49,809 nucleotides of DNA from an uncultured Bordetella sp. (GCA_964589205.1 CAZPRT010000001.1:1-49809), one strand, 5' to 3'; shown: positions 10,147 through 24,433, numbered from the stretch's first letter. Numbers and translations: made by a program. Notes: a model not told the origin generated them from the letters alone.

Positions 10147-10722
10147 CTAGACCAGCATGGCCTCTTCAACCAGGCCGCAGAGCAGGTGGCCCACGATGAG
10201 GTGGCCCTCTTGAATCTGTGGCGTGTGGACAGACGGCATGTTGAGCACGATGTCGGCCAGGACCCCCATGTCTCTTGGGTCTTGACCCGTGAGTGCAATG
10301 TTGATCAAGCCTTTGTTCTTGGCGGCCTGCATGGCCATGAGAATATTTTTTGACCGGCCCGAGGTCGACAGGCCAATGAGAATGTCGCCTCGCTGACCCA
10401 AGGCCAGCACCTGCCGAGAGAAGACATGTTCGTAGCCGTAGTCGTTTCCAATGGCTGTGAGTGCGGAGGTGTCCGTGTGCAGGGCAATGGAGGCCAGGGC
10501 CTCACGCTCCTTGAGAAACCGACCCACGAACTCGGCTGAAAAATGCTGAGCCTCTGCAGCACTGCCACCATTGCCCGCAAAGAGCAGCTTGCCGCCAGCC
10601 TTGAGGCAGGCCACACAGGCCTCCACGGCCGCCTGGAGTCGCTGTTGGAGGCCATCATCAGCCAGAATGTCTTGTACGAGGCGCTGGCTCGCCTGCAAGG
10701 AGGATTGGATGCTCGCCTTCAT
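10147..10722 (-). CDS. gmhA: Phosphoheptose (sedoheptulose-7-P) isomerase
   Basis: GNGGSAAEAQHFSAE, TAIGNDYGY, LSTSGRS, QIQEGH. Confidence 0.9.
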   Translation of the reverse strand: MKASIQSSLQASQRLVQDILADDGLQQRLQAAVEACVACLKAGGKLLFAGNGGSAAEAQHFSAEFVGRFLKEREALASIALHTDTSALTAIGNDYGYEHVFSRQVLALGQRGDILIGLSTSGRSKNILMAMQAAKNKGLINIALTGQDPRDMGVLADIVLNMPSVHTPQIQEGHLIVGHLLCGLVEEAMLV

Positions 10723-10757
10723 GGTCTTTCCTCGAGTCGTGTTGTTAAGTGAAAGGG

Positions 10758-12578
10758 TCAGGCTGCCTCTTCCCTGGCCGCCTTGCGACGCTCATGCTCC
10801 ACCAGGTGGCGTTTTCTCAGTCGAATCGACTGCGGCGTGATCTCCACGAGCTCATCGTCTGCAATGAACTCCACCGCCTTCTCCAGCGTCAGTTGAATGG
10901 GCGGTGTGAGGTCGATGTGTTCATCCTTTCCGGATGCACGCACGTTGGTGAGCTTCTTCTCCTTCACGGGGTTGACCACCAGGTCGTTGTCCCGCGAGTG
11001 GATGCCGATGATCATGCCCTCGTAGAGCTTGTCGCCCGGCGAGACAAACATGCGGCCACGCTCCTGAAGCTTCCAGAGCGCATAGGCCACGGCCTCGCCG
11101 TCATCCTGGGAGATCAGCACGCCGTTTCGACGCTCTGAGAGGTCTCCCTTGTAGGGGCCGTAAGCATCGAAGATATGGCTCATGAGGCCCGTGCCACGGG
11201 TCATGGTGAGGAACTCGCCCTGAAAGCCAATGAGGCCGCGTGCTGGAATGCGGTATTCCAGGCGCACCCGACCCTTGTCGTCTGGAACCATGTCGAGGAG
11301 GTCGCCCTTGCGTAGGCCAAGGTTCTCCATGACAGGCCCCTGGTGCTCCTGCTCCACATCCACGGTCAGCATCTCATAGGGCTCCTCGCGCTCACCGTTG
11401 GCGCCCTCCTTGAAGACCACGCGTGGCCGTGAGACGGCGAGCTCATAGCCCTCACGGCGCATGTTCTCGAGCAGGATGGTGAGGTGCAGCTCCCCCCGAC
11501 CCGAGACCTTGAAGGTGTCGGTGTCACTGCCGAACTCGACTCGAAGGGCCACATTCGCCTTGAGCTCACGCTCCAGCCGCTCACGAATCTGGCGGCTGGT
11601 AATGAACTTGCCCTCTCGACCCGCCAGGGGGGAGTTGTTGACAATGAAGTTCATGGACAAGGTGGGCTCGTCTACCTTCAGCATGGGGAGCGCCTCCACT
11701 GCGGCGGGGTCGCAGACCGTGGTGCCAATATTGAGCTCCTCAATGCCATTGATGAGCACGATGTCGCCGGCCTCGGCCACATCGACCTGCTCGCGCTCGA
11801 GCCCCCGAAACTTCAGCACCTGATTGATGCGTGCCTTGCGCGGCTGGCCCTCGGGCCCATCCTGAATGATGACATCCTGAAGCGGCCGAACGCGGCCGCG
11901 GGCGATGCGCCCGACCCCGATCTTGCCCACATAGCTGTTGTAGTCGAGTGAGCAGATCTGGAATTGGAGTGGCGCCTCGGATTCGTCGTCTCGGACCGGC
12001 ACGTACTGCAGCACTGCATCGAAGAGCGGCCGCATGTCGCTGCCAGGCTTGGTGTGATCGAGGGTGGCGAAGCCCTGCAGGGCCGATGCATAGACCACGG
12101 GGAAGTCGAGCTGCTCCTCGGTGGCGCCGAGCTTGTCGAAAAGGTCGAAGGTCTGGTTGACGACCCATTGGGCGCGGGCGCCGGGCCGGTCGACCTTGTT
12201 GACCACCACGATCGGCTTGAGCCCCTGGGCCAGTGCCTTGCGCGTGACGAAGCGCGTCTGGGGCATCGGACCCTCCACCGCATCGACCAGCAGGAGCACG
12301 CTGTCGACCATGGAGAGCACCCGCTCAACCTCTCCGCCGAAGTCGGCATGGCCCGGGGTGTCGACGATGTTGATGTGGGTGCCCTCGTATTCCACCGCAC
12401 AGTTCTTGGCCAGAATCGTGATGCCACGCTCCTTCTCGAGGTCGTTGGAATCCATGACCCGCTCATTGACGGCCTGGTTCGAGCGAAAGGTGCCCGCCTG
12501 CTGAAGCAGCTTGTCGACCAGGGTGGTCTTTCCGTGGTCCACGTGGGCGATGATGGCGATGTTGCGCAGTTTGCGCAT
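10758..12578 (-). CDS. typA: Translational GTPase TypA/BipA
   Basis: [40 protein letters not shown]. Confidence 0.97.
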   Translation of the reverse strand: MRKLRNIAIIAHVDHGKTTLVDKLLQQAGTFRSNQAVNERVMDSNDLEKERGITILAKNCAVEYEGTHINIVDTPGHADFGGEVERVLSMVDSVLLLVDAVEGPMPQTRFVTRKALAQGLKPIVVVNKVDRPGARAQWVVNQTFDLFDKLGATEEQLDFPVVYASALQGFATLDHTKPGSDMRPLFDAVLQYVPVRDDESEAPLQFQICSLDYNSYVGKIGVGRIARGRVRPLQDVIIQDGPEGQPRKARINQVLKFRGLEREQVDVAEAGDIVLINGIEELNIGTTVCDPAAVEALPMLKVDEPTLSMNFIVNNSPLAGREGKFITSRQIRERLERELKANVALRVEFGSDTDTFKVSGRGELHLTILLENMRREGYELAVSRPRVVFKEGANGEREEPYEMLTVDVEQEHQGPVMENLGLRKGDLLDMVPDDKGRVRLEYRIPARGLIGFQGEFLTMTRGTGLMSHIFDAYGPYKGDLSERRNGVLISQDDGEAVAYALWKLQERGRMFVSPGDKLYEGMIIGIHSRDNDLVVNPVKEKKLTNVRASGKDEHIDLTPPIQLTLEKAVEFIADDELVEITPQSIRLRKRHLVEHERRKAAREEAA

Positions 12579-12587
12579 GGGGTTCTC

Positions 12588-13514
12588 CTAGTGATGTGTC
12601 GGTTGGGCGACGAGACGGACAGGCTTCAAGCGCCCCTGGCCCAAGAGTGCTGTGCCCAAAAACCTCTTGGATTGCGTCAGAACACGGGCCCGCTGCGGCG
12701 CGCCCATGGGAAAGGAAGCGCTGGTCAGAACCTGACCATGCGAGAAGAGTGCTGCCTCGCGGTCCGAGAGCGAAATGGATGGCCAGGCGAGCAAGAGGTG
12801 ATCCACTGGCAGCAGAAAGGCATCCAGAGCATCGGTGCCGGCCTCAGCAGCCCTCTCTAGGGCGTCGAGGTCGACACTGTGAGAGAGGTCGAGTGGTCCA
12901 ACCCCATTTCGTCGCAGGCCGCTGAGATGGGCACCACAGCCCAGCCGCTGCCCAATCTCTTCGGCAAGGCTTCGAATGTAAGTGCCCTTTGAACAGCGCA
13001 CCTGGAGTTGGAGCAAGGGCGGTGCATACGACAACAGCGAGAGCTCGTGAAGGGAAATGGTGCGAGCCTCTCGATCCACCGTCTGGCCGCTTCGCGCCAT
13101 CTCATAGAGCGGGCGGCCGTTGTGCTTGAGCGCGGAATACATGGGGGGCACCTGCTCCTGCTCCCCAAGCAGGCCTTGCAGCACGGCCTCCACCTCGGCT
13201 CGTGTGACCGCAACCGCCTGCTCCTTCAGCACAGCGCCCTCACGGTCACCGGTCTCGGTGGTGATGCCCAGACAGACCTCGGCGAGATAGGCCTTGTCGG
13301 CCTCAAGGCCCTCTTGGGCAAACTTGGTGGCCTCTCCAAAGAGCACAGGCAGCAGGCCACTGGCCATGGGATCCAGGGTTCCCGCATGGCCCGCCTTCTC
13401 GGCGCCAAAAAGAAACTTAATGCGGCCCAAGACCTGGGTAGACGAGGGCCCGAAAGGCTTGTCCGCAACCAAAAGGCCATGCACCGGGCGACGGCTGCGA
13501 CGCGAGGCAGTCAT
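12588..13514 (-). CDS. truB: tRNA pseudouridine(55) synthase
   Basis: KAGHAGTLDPMASG, PPMYSALK, CSKGTYIRSL. Confidence 0.96.
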   Translation of the reverse strand: MTASRRSRRPVHGLLVADKPFGPSSTQVLGRIKFLFGAEKAGHAGTLDPMASGLLPVLFGEATKFAQEGLEADKAYLAEVCLGITTETGDREGAVLKEQAVAVTRAEVEAVLQGLLGEQEQVPPMYSALKHNGRPLYEMARSGQTVDREARTISLHELSLLSYAPPLLQLQVRCSKGTYIRSLAEEIGQRLGCGAHLSGLRRNGVGPLDLSHSVDLDALERAAEAGTDALDAFLLPVDHLLLAWPSISLSDREAALFSHGQVLTSASFPMGAPQRARVLTQSKRFLGTALLGQGRLKPVRLVAQPTHH

Positions 13515-13862
13515 GAAGATGCGTTGGCCTGATCGATCAGCGCACTGATGGCCGCACCCCGTGCGACGGACTCATCGAGCACGAAGTGAAGATCTGGAGT
13601 CTGATGAATGGTGAGCAGTCGGCCCAGCCGGCCGCGCAGAAAACCCTTGGAGGCTGCGAGCCCCTCGGCCGTTCTTGCCTTCTGCTCCGGTGTGTCTGGA
13701 AAGACCGAGTAATACACCTTTGCATGGGCGTAGTCGGGCGTGACCTCGACATCGGTGATGGTGACAAAACCGATGCGAGGGTCTTTGGCCTCGGCCCGAA
13801 GAAGCTCGGCGAGGTCTCGCTGGATCTGATCGGCGACCCGAAAGCCCCGCTCGACAACGGCC

Positions 13863-16605
<2,743 letters not shown>

Positions 16606-16616
<11 letters not shown>

Positions 16617-18126
16617 CCTGGGTTGCCCCTCCTTCCTGTGATGCATCGGCCTCTTCCTCGAACCAATGCGCACGTGCGCGCATGATGAGGTCGCTGGCGG
16701 CCTGCTCATCCATGTCAGTGATCTCGACGAGCTCATCAACGGCCAGCTCCGCCAGCTCATCGCGCGTGAAAATCTTCGCATCGGCCAACTGGGCGGCGAG
16801 CTCGTGATTCATGCCCTCCAGGTCGAGGAGGTCTTGCTCGGTGGTGCCGAGCTTCTCCTCGGTGACGATGGCCTCCGTCAGCAGAGCGTTGCGGGCGCGG
16901 GTGCGGAGCTCGTTGACCGTATCCTCGTCGAAGGCCTCAATCTCGAGCATCTCGTTGACGGGCACATAGGCCACTTCCTCCAGGCTGGAAAAGCCTTCAT
17001 CGACCAGCACCTCTGCGACCTCTTGGTCAACATCGAGCTTGGCCATGAAGGTCTCGAGCACCTTCTGTCGTTCTGTCTGTGAACGAGTCTCGGCATCTTC
17101 GCTGGTCATGATGTTGATCTGCCAGCCGGTGAGTTCGCTGGCCAGCCGAACGTTCTGCCCGCCACGGCCGATTGCCACAGCAAGCTCTGTCTCCTCGACA
17201 ACGACGTCCATTGCATGACGCTCCTCGTCCACAACGATTGAGGAGACATTGGCTGGCGCCAGCGCACCAATTACAAACTGCGCGGGGTCGTCGGACCAGA
17301 GCACGATGTCGACGCGCTCGCCCGCCAGTTCGTGGGTCACGGCCTGCACACGGCTACCGCGAACGCCCACACAGGTTCCGATGGGGTCGATCCGACGGTC
17401 GGTGGTATGGACCGCGATCTTTGCGCGGATACCCGCATCACGGGCAGCCGACTTGATGGCCATGAGGCCCTGCTCAATTTCCGGCACTTCAAGCTCGAAG
17501 AGTTTCATGATGAACTCGGGTGCTGTGCGAGACAGAATGATTTGCGGGCCTCGCAGGTTGCGATCCACCCGAAGCAGGAATGCCCGAACACGATCGCCGG
17601 GGCGAAGGTTCTCTTTGGGGATCATTTGGTCTCGGGGCAGGCGGGCCTCGATCTTTCCTGCCTCCACGATGACATCGCCACGCTCGAGGCGCTTGACGGT
17701 GCCGTTGACAATGAGTTCGCCACGTTCAAGGAAGTCTTTCAGGATCTGCTCGCGCTCAGCCTCGCGGATGCGCTGGAGGATGACCTGCTTGGCCGCCTGC
17801 GCGCCGATGCGTCCGAAGGGCACCGCCTCGAGCTCTTCCTCAATGAAGTCGCCGACCTCGATGTCGTCGATCTGCTTGCGGGCCTCGGTGAGGATGACCT
17901 GAAGGTCGTGGTCCTCGAGCTCTCCATCCGGAACAATCTGCCAACGGCGGAACGCCTCGTACTCCCCGGTTTCACGGTCGATGCTCACGCGAACGTCCAC
18001 CTCATCGGTGAACTGCTTTTTGGTGGCCTGGGCCAGCGCGTTTTCGAGTGCCTGAAACACGATGTCTCTCTCGACACTCTTCTCGCGGGCCAACGCATCG
18101 GCCAATAACAGAATCTCGCGGCTCAT
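16606..18126 (-). CDS. nusA: Transcription factor NusA
   Basis: [42 protein letters not shown]1/AR2 tail. Confidence 0.97.
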
Positions 18127-18614
18127 CGCCTTTTCTCCTTCTTTGGAAAATCGGGCACCAGTCGTGCCTCATCAACATCGGGACAATCAAAATCAAGGGC
18201 GAGGGTTTCACCGCCGACCCCCTCGAACAACACCTGAAACCTGGCCCCATCGCGGGGGCTGTCTGGCAGGACCAGCGGGCCCTCGAAGTTTCGCCGGTTG
18301 CCCATCGGGCGACGCAGCCGAAGCTTGATCCGTTGGCCTGCAAATCGGGTGAAGTCTTGAGCCGTTCGAAGCCGGCGGTCGAATCCCGGCGAGGACACCT
18401 CGAGCCGAGCAAAATCGATTCCTTCAACCGGCAGTTCGTGCACCAACTGATTGGAGAGGGCCTCGCAGTCGTCTACGGTAATAAGACGGCTCCCATCAGC
18501 CACATCGATAAAAACCCGCAGGATGCCGGCCGGCGTTTGGTCGAGATCGACCAGGTCATAGCCAAAGCCTTGCGCGCTCGCTTCGATCGTCTGCCACACC
18601 CGCTCCGACAGCAT
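18123..18614 (-). CDS. rimP: Ribosome maturation factor RimP
   Basis: [25 protein letters not shown]; directly upstream of nusA. Confidence 0.94.
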   Translation of the reverse strand: MLSERVWQTIEASAQGFGYDLVDLDQTPAGILRVFIDVADGSRLITVDDCEALSNQLVHELPVEGIDFARLEVSSPGFDRRLRTAQDFTRFAGQRIKLRLRRPMGNRRNFEGPLVLPDSPRDGARFQVLFEGVGGETLALDFDCPDVDEARLVPDFPKKEKRR

Positions 18615-18633
18615 CCCGACAAAGTCTCCCGTG

Positions 18634-18664
18634 AAAAAAAAATGGGCCCAGATGAGCCCATTTC
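18634..18664 (-). terminator. rimP-leader intrinsic terminator/attenuator
   Basis: Minus strand GAAATGGGCTCATCTGGGCCCATTTTTTTTT: GGGC/GCCC hairpin plus 9 U, 20 nt before the rimP ATG. Confidence 0.75.
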
Positions 18665-18686
18665 TTAGAAATTAGAATCAGAATGG

Positions 18687-18716
18687 ATTGTAAGCCATCT
18701 GGCCGATTTCGATCAA
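18687..18716 (-). promoter_or_regulatory. Putative sigma-70 promoter for rimP-nusA-infB
   Basis: TTGATC (18711-16), 18-nt spacer, TACAAT (18687-92) on the minus strand. Confidence 0.55.
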
Positions 18717-18741
18717 CCGAATGCCCCAGCCTGGTGCTCGG

Positions 18742-20121
18742 CTACCCCCCCGGGCTGCCGGGCTTCTTGCGGCCTGCACCGCGACGTCCACCCGGCCTGC
18801 CGCCGGGCCCCGCAGGCCGAGACCCACCTCCACCAGGCCGGCCACCGCCGCCTGGCCGCTGGGGCGCTGAAAGCACCCCGTTGGGCTGCTTGGCCGTGCC
18901 CCAAGTGGTCTGCAAGGGATTCGGCTTGCGGGCCCCTTGATTCTTCTTGGGCTTGCCTGCCAGGTGCGACAGGTGCGCATCTGGGCCGCTGGGCTGCCAT
19001 TCATCGTCATGGCCCTGCTGGTCGTACTCCTCGGCATCCAGCGCACGATCATGGGGGTCGATGGCCGCCCGGGACTCGCTGGACATGGGGCCCTCGAAGG
19101 CCTTGGGTGGACGATTGCCGCGGGGCTGTCGAGCCTCGGGCTTGGTACGGGCCCCTGCCCGCCCACCCTGCTTTCCACGGCCACCTGGCCGGCCGCCCTG
19201 GCGCTGCTTGAGGCCCACCGATGCCATGAGTTCGGTCACAGACTCTGCCGACAGATCGGCCGACTGGCCGCGCTTGAGCCCAGGGGGCAGTGCCACCATG
19301 CCGTAGCGAATGCGAATCAGCCGGCTGACCGTGACGCCCACGGCATCGAAAATGCGGCGCACTTCTCTGTTTCGGCCTTCCTTCAGAGTGACCCGCCACC
19401 AGCGGTTCGCGCCCTCGCCGCCAGCCTCTGTGATGTTGTCGAAATGGGCAGGGCCATCGTCGAGCACCACACCATCGCGCATCTGCTGAAGCGCCTCCGG
19501 ACTGAGTTCTCCGAACACACGCACGGCGTACTCTCGTTCAATTTCAGAGCGCGGATGCATGAGCCGATTGGCCAGCTCGCCCGAGGTGGTGAACAGCAAC
19601 AGCCCCTCGGTACTGACATCGAGCCGGCCCACCGTGATCCATCGGCCGAACTTCACCGGGGGCAGCTGACGGAAGACGGTCACCCGCTGCTGCGGATCGG
19701 ACTTGGTCACGATCTCACCAGCCGGCTTGTGATAGGCCAGGACTCGGACGGGCGGGGGCTCCACCTGAATGCGAATGGGCTTGCCATTGACCTTGACCTG
19801 ATCGCTGTGCACGATCCGTTGCCCAATGTGGGCGGGCGTACCGTTGACGGACACCCGGCCCGCGAGGATGAGTTCCTCCATCTCGCGGCGAGAGCCCACG
19901 CCGGCATCTGCGAGCACCTTGTGGAGCTTTGGAGGGTCGTAGCTGGCACCGGCTGGCGTGACCGGCGCGAGCCGATCGCCAGAGTCCGGTGCCGCCAAAA
20001 AGGGCAGCGCCTCGTCCTCGGCCTCCAGACTGGACGTGTTCGCCTGGGTCTCGTCCTGATCCAGGGCCTCGGGCACGTTGGGATCAGTGTCAGGATCGAT
20101 GTTGGGGTCTTGCTCGTGCAT
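18742..20121 (-). CDS. rluB: 23S rRNA pseudouridine synthase B with long disordered termini
   Basis: S4 domain KLHKVLADAGVGSRRE, catalytic VGRLDVSTEGLLL, EGRNREVRR; follows scpB. Confidence 0.92.
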   Translation of the reverse strand: MHEQDPNIDPDTDPNVPEALDQDETQANTSSLEAEDEALPFLAAPDSGDRLAPVTPAGASYDPPKLHKVLADAGVGSRREMEELILAGRVSVNGTPAHIGQRIVHSDQVKVNGKPIRIQVEPPPVRVLAYHKPAGEIVTKSDPQQRVTVFRQLPPVKFGRWITVGRLDVSTEGLLLFTTSGELANRLMHPRSEIEREYAVRVFGELSPEALQQMRDGVVLDDGPAHFDNITEAGGEGANRWWRVTLKEGRNREVRRIFDAVGVTVSRLIRIRYGMVALPPGLKRGQSADLSAESVTELMASVGLKQRQGGRPGGRGKQGGRAGARTKPEARQPRGNRPPKAFEGPMSSESRAAIDPHDRALDAEEYDQQGHDDEWQPSGPDAHLSHLAGKPKKNQGARKPNPLQTTWGTAKQPNGVLSAPQRPGGGGRPGGGGSRPAGPGGRPGGRRGAGRKKPGSPGG

Positions 20122-20125
20122 CTGG

Positions 20126-20686
20126 CTAACTCCCTGATTGGGCGTGAAGAAGAATCTGGCTGGCCGCCTCTGACCAGCCCTCTTCCAAGGGGGGCAGCTC
20201 TTCCAGAGAGCGCAGGCCCAGATCGTCTAGAAACTGCCGCGTGGTGCCGTAGAGCGCAGGCCGCCCCGGTGCATCACGATGTCCAATGGTCTCGACCCAG
20301 CCCCGCTCCTCGAGGGCACGCAGCACCGGCGTGGCCACCACCACGCCCCGAATCTCTTCAATATCGCCGCGGGTGACCGGCTGGCGATAAGCAATGATGG
20401 CCAATGTCTCCATGGTGGCCCTGGAGTACCGGGACGGCTTCTCGGGTTTGAGCCGATCGAGGTACACCCGCATGTCTGCGCGGGACTGGAAACGCCAGCC
20501 TGAGGCCAGCGGCGCAAGCTCGACGCCGCGGTCAGACCAATCCCGACGAAGGTCGTCCAGCAGCAGCCGCACGGTTTCTTCATCGAATTCATCATTGAAA
20601 AGCCGCCGAAGGACCGGGAGCGCCAAAGGCTCTGAACTGGTCAGCAGGGCGGCTTCGAGCACTTTCTTTGCTTCAGCCGTATTCAT
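20126..20686 (-). CDS. scpB: SMC-Scp complex subunit ScpB
   Basis: Start ATG 20686 ([14 protein letters not shown]); [40 protein letters not shown]. Confidence 0.95.
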   Translation of the reverse strand: MNTAEAKKVLEAALLTSSEPLALPVLRRLFNDEFDEETVRLLLDDLRRDWSDRGVELAPLASGWRFQSRADMRVYLDRLKPEKPSRYSRATMETLAIIAYRQPVTRGDIEEIRGVVVATPVLRALEERGWVETIGHRDAPGRPALYGTTRQFLDDLGLRSLEELPPLEEGWSEAASQILLHAQSGS

Positions 20687-20699
20687 TCGATCTTTAGGG

Positions 20700-20790
20700 T
20701 GGCGGAGAGAGGGGGATTCGAACCCCCGATAGGCTATTAACCTATACACGCTTTCCAGGCGTGCGACTTAAACCACTCATCCATCTCTCC
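20700..20790 (-). tRNA. tRNA-Ser (GGA)
   Basis: GGAGAGATGGATGAGTGGTTTAAGTCGCACGCCT-GGA-AAGCGTG, long variable arm, GGTTCGAATCC, encoded CCA. Confidence 0.97.
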
Positions 20791-20805
20791 GCAGAGGGGA
20801 TGCAA

Positions 20806-20835
20806 GGCGGGTCTCGCACTGCTGCGAAACCCGCC
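20806..20835 (-). terminator. GC-rich hairpin between acs and tRNA-Ser (weak terminator or tRNA leader structure)
   Basis: GGCGGGTTTCGCA-GCAG-TGCGAGACCCGCC, followed only by TTG. Confidence 0.45.
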
Positions 20836-20842
20836 GGTTCAA

Positions 20843-20858
20843 GCCCGCCAGTGTAGCA
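20843..20858 (-). promoter_or_regulatory. Putative extended -10 promoter with GC-rich discriminator for tRNA-Ser
   Basis: TGcTACACT followed by GGCGGGC on the minus strand, just after the acs stop. Confidence 0.5.
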
Positions 20859-20860
20859 GT

Positions 20861-22849
20861 TTAAGTGGCCTGCTTGAGCTGCTCCAAAATGGCCGGGTTC
20901 TCAAGGGTGGAGGTGTCCTGGGTGATCTCCTCGCCCTTGGCCAGGGTGCGAAGCAGGCGCCGCATGATTTTCCCGGACCGGGTCTTGGGCAGGTTGTCGC
21001 CGAAGCGGATCTCCTTGGGCTTGGCGATCGGGCCGATCTCTTTGCCGACCCAGTTTCGAAGGTCGGTCGCAATTTTCTTGGCCTCATCACCCGAGGGCCG
21101 GGCCTGCTTGAGGACCACAAAGGCCACGATGGCCTCACCGGTGAGGTCGTCTGGACGGCCCACGACAGCGGCCTCCGCCACCAGGCCGTTAGCCACCAGG
21201 GCAGACTCGATCTCCATGGTGCCCATGCGATGCCCCGAGACATTGAGGACGTCATCGATGCGGCCCATGATGGTGAAGTAGCCCGTGTCCTTGTCGCGGA
21301 TCGCCCCATCGCCCGCAAGATAGAGGCGGCCTCCGAGTTCTTCGGGGTAATAGGCCTTCTGGAAGCGGTCTGGGTCTCCCCAAATGGTTCGGATCATCGA
21401 GGGCCACGGCCGCTTGACGACCAGAATGCCGCCCTGCCCGTTGGGAACATCCCCCCCCGCCTCATCCACGATGGCCGCCTGAATTCCAGGGAATGGCAGG
21501 GTGCAGGAGCCTGGCACCAGGGGCGTGGCTCCCGGCATGGGCGTGATCATGTGGCCTCCGGTCTCGGTCTGCCAGAAGGTGTCCACAATCGGGCAGCGGC
21601 CACCGCCCACGTGGGTGTGGTACCACATCCAAGCCTCTGGATTGATGGGCTCCCCCACCGACCCCAGGAGTCGGAGTGACCCGAGGTTATAGCGCCCGGG
21701 ATGACAGTCGGGGGTCGTCTCTCCTGCCTTGATGAGTGAGCGAATCGCCGTGGGCGCCGTGTAAAAAATGCTGACCTTGTGGTCTTGGATCATCTGCCAG
21801 AAACGGCCTGCATTTGGATAGGTGGGAACCCCCTCAAAGACAATCTGCGTGCCGCCGCAGGCCAGCGGCCCGTAGGCAATGTAGGTGTGGCCTGTGACCC
21901 AGCCAATGTCTGCGGTGCACCAGAAGATGTCCTCGTCGCGGAGGTCGAAGGTGTACTTCATGGTCAGGATGGCATGGAGCAGATACCCTCCCGTCGAGTG
22001 CTGCACGCCCTTGGGCTTCCCAGTGGAGCCAGAGGTGTAGAGGATGAAGAGCGGATGCTCGGCCTCGACCCACTCGGGCTCGCAACTGCTGGCCTGGCCT
22101 TTGACGAGGTCGTCCATGTAGATGTCGCGGCCGGCCGTCATGGGGATGGAACCCCCTGTTCGTCGGTAGACCACCACATGACGCACAGCCTCGCACCCGC
22201 CCATGCCGAAGGCCTCATCGACCGCTGGCTTGAGGGGAATGTTCTTGCCTCCACGGCACTGTTCGTCGGCCGCGATGATCAGGCTGGCCCCCGCATCGAC
22301 CACACGCTCCTGAAGGCTCTTTGCAGAAAAACCTCCGAAGACCACCGAGTGAATGACACCGAGGCGCGCGCAGGCCTGCATGGCCGCCACGCCCTCAACC
22401 GACATGGGCATGTAGATGAGTGCCCGATCACCCTTCTTGTAGCCCAGCGACTTCAGGCCGTTGGCCAGCGCACAGACCTTTGCATGCAGGTCTTTGTAGG
22501 TCACGCGGGTGACATCGCCAGCATCGGATTCAAAAATGATGGCGATCTTGTCGCCGTGGCCTGCCTCAATGTTCTTGTCGAGGCAGTTGTAGGACGCATT
22601 CAGCAGGCCGTCGTCAAACCACTTGTAAAAGGGTGCGTTGGACTCATCCAGGGCCCGCGTGAAGGGCTTCTTCCAAACGATTTCCTCGCGGGCCAGCTTG
22701 GCCCAATAGCCTGCATCATCACGCTCGGCCTCCTGGCAGAGTGCGTTGTAGGCTGCCATGCTGCCGATGCGCGCCTTCTTTGCGAACTCCGCTGGCGGGT
22801 CAAAGACCCGATTCTCCTGCATGACCGACTCGATCTTCCCTGACGACAT
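20861..22849 (-). CDS. acs: Acetyl-CoA synthetase
   Basis: Start moved to ATG 22849 (strong SD GAGGAGG); [32 protein letters not shown]. Confidence 0.96.
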   Translation of the reverse strand: MSSGKIESVMQENRVFDPPAEFAKKARIGSMAAYNALCQEAERDDAGYWAKLAREEIVWKKPFTRALDESNAPFYKWFDDGLLNASYNCLDKNIEAGHGDKIAIIFESDAGDVTRVTYKDLHAKVCALANGLKSLGYKKGDRALIYMPMSVEGVAAMQACARLGVIHSVVFGGFSAKSLQERVVDAGASLIIAADEQCRGGKNIPLKPAVDEAFGMGGCEAVRHVVVYRRTGGSIPMTAGRDIYMDDLVKGQASSCEPEWVEAEHPLFILYTSGSTGKPKGVQHSTGGYLLHAILTMKYTFDLRDEDIFWCTADIGWVTGHTYIAYGPLACGGTQIVFEGVPTYPNAGRFWQMIQDHKVSIFYTAPTAIRSLIKAGETTPDCHPGRYNLGSLRLLGSVGEPINPEAWMWYHTHVGGGRCPIVDTFWQTETGGHMITPMPGATPLVPGSCTLPFPGIQAAIVDEAGGDVPNGQGGILVVKRPWPSMIRTIWGDPDRFQKAYYPEELGGRLYLAGDGAIRDKDTGYFTIMGRIDDVLNVSGHRMGTMEIESALVANGLVAEAAVVGRPDDLTGEAIVAFVVLKQARPSGDEAKKIATDLRNWVGKEIGPIAKPKEIRFGDNLPKTRSGKIMRRLLRTLAKGEEITQDTSTLENPAILEQLKQAT

Positions 22850-22909
22850 GTTGCCTCCTCCTCGGTGTGATAATTCTTTTCGAATAAATTTACGCCAAAA
22901 AGAGACGTC

Positions 22910-24430
22910 ATGCGCCCAATTCGTCAAGAAGATTTCATTCAGAGCATCGCTGATGCATTCCAGTTCATCAGCTACTACCACCCGCTTGACTACGTGCAGG
23001 CGCTCGGGGCTGCCCATGATCGCGAGCAGAGCCCCGCCGCCAGAGATGCCATCGCGCAGATCCTCACGAACAGTCGAATGAGCGCAGAGGGCCATCGGCC
23101 CATCTGCCAGGACACTGGCATTGCCACGGTCTTCCTGAAAATTGGCATGCATGCGCGCTGGGACGACGCCACCATGACCATCTCGGAGATGGTCAATGAG
23201 GGCGTCCGTCGCGCCTACGGCCACCCCGACAACCCGCTTCGGGCCTCGGTGCTCGCCGAGCCCGCAGGCGCTCGACGCAACACCAAGGACAACACCCCGG
23301 CCGTGATCCACACCGAGATGGTTGGCGGCACGGAGATTGAGGTCATTTGCGCGGCCAAGGGCGGCGGCAGCGAAGCCAAGGCCAAGCTGGGCATGCTCAA
23401 TCCAAGCGACTCGATCGTCGATTGGGTGCTCAAGACCGTGCCCACCATGGGTGCCGGCTGGTGCCCCCCTGGCATCTTGGGGATCGGCATCGGTGGCACG
23501 CCGGAGAAGGCCATGCTGCTGGCCAAGGAGTCGCTCATGGCCCCGGTGGACATGGCTGAATTGCTGGCCCGGGGGCCTGAGACACCGATCGAAAAGCTTC
23601 GCGTAGAGCTCTACGAAAAGGTCAATGCCCTGGGCATTGGTGCCCAAGGGCTGGGTGGCCTCACCACGGTGGTGGATGTGAAGGTCATGGACTACCCCAC
23701 CCATGCGGCCAATCTGCCGGTGGCCCTGATTCCAAACTGCGCGGCGACCCGGCATGTGCATTTCCATCTCGATGGCAGTGGCCCCGTCTCCCTCGTGCCA
23801 CCGAGCCTCTCAGACTGGCCCAAGGTCAGCTGGGCCCCGGACACCAAGACCTCTCAGCGGGTCGACCTCAACAGCCTGACGCCAGACCAAGTGGCGGCCT
23901 GGAGGCCCGGCCAGACCCTGCTGTTGTCAGGACGACTCCTGACCGGTCGGGATGCCGCACACAAGCGCATCGCCGACATGCTGGCCCGAGGAGAGCCACT
24001 GCCTGTCGACTTCACGAATCGCGTGATCTATTACGTTGGTCCCGTCGATCCGGTTCGAGAGGAGGCCGTGGGTCCCGCAGGGCCCACCACCGCGACTCGC
24101 ATGGACAAATTCACCGACATGATGCTGGAGAAGACAGGCCTCATCGCCATGGTCGGAAAGGCCGAACGCGGGCCCGAGGCCATCGCAGCCATCAAGGCCC
24201 ATCGCTCGGCCTACCTCATGGCAGTTGGCGGAGCAGCCTATCTGGTGAGCAAGGCCATTCGCTCGGCCAGGGTCGTTGGCTTCGAAGACCTCGGCATGGA
24301 GGCAATCTACGAATTCGAAGTGGCTGACATGCCGGTCACCGTGGCCGTTGATGCCAACGGCACCTCGGTCCACGAGACCGGTCCTCGGGAATGGAAGGTG
24401 CGGATCGAGGGCCTGAAGACGTCGGCCTGA
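22910..24430 (+). CDS. fumA: Class I (Fe-S) fumarate hydratase
   Basis: [43 protein letters not shown]. Confidence 0.92.
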   Translation: MRPIRQEDFIQSIADAFQFISYYHPLDYVQALGAAHDREQSPAARDAIAQILTNSRMSAEGHRPICQDTGIATVFLKIGMHARWDDATMTISEMVNEGVRRAYGHPDNPLRASVLAEPAGARRNTKDNTPAVIHTEMVGGTEIEVICAAKGGGSEAKAKLGMLNPSDSIVDWVLKTVPTMGAGWCPPGILGIGIGGTPEKAMLLAKESLMAPVDMAELLARGPETPIEKLRVELYEKVNALGIGAQGLGGLTTVVDVKVMDYPTHAANLPVALIPNCAATRHVHFHLDGSGPVSLVPPSLSDWPKVSWAPDTKTSQRVDLNSLTPDQVAAWRPGQTLLLSGRLLTGRDAAHKRIADMLARGEPLPVDFTNRVIYYVGPVDPVREEAVGPAGPTTATRMDKFTDMMLEKTGLIAMVGKAERGPEAIAAIKAHRSAYLMAVGGAAYLVSKAIRSARVVGFEDLGMEAIYEFEVADMPVTVAVDANGTSVHETGPREWKVRIEGLKTSA

Positions 24431-24433
24431 CGA

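Noticed and set aside
20126-20686. scpB without adjacent scpA
   Set aside because: Separate scpA is, to my recall, normal in Burkholderiales and cannot be judged from this window
20700-20790. tRNA as attachment site of an island
   Set aside because: No integrase, no duplicated tRNA 3' end and no compositional shift seen
22867-22885. CRP-like TGTGA site between acs and fumarase
   Set aside because: Only one half-site; the second half does not match
22850-23767. Apparent 968-aa Acs with a 306-aa N-terminal extension
   Set aside because: The extension is the antisense of fumarase; a strong SD and typical Acs N-terminus sit at 22849. The same applies to the extended rph, infB, scpB, lolE, recJ and bdhA ORFs
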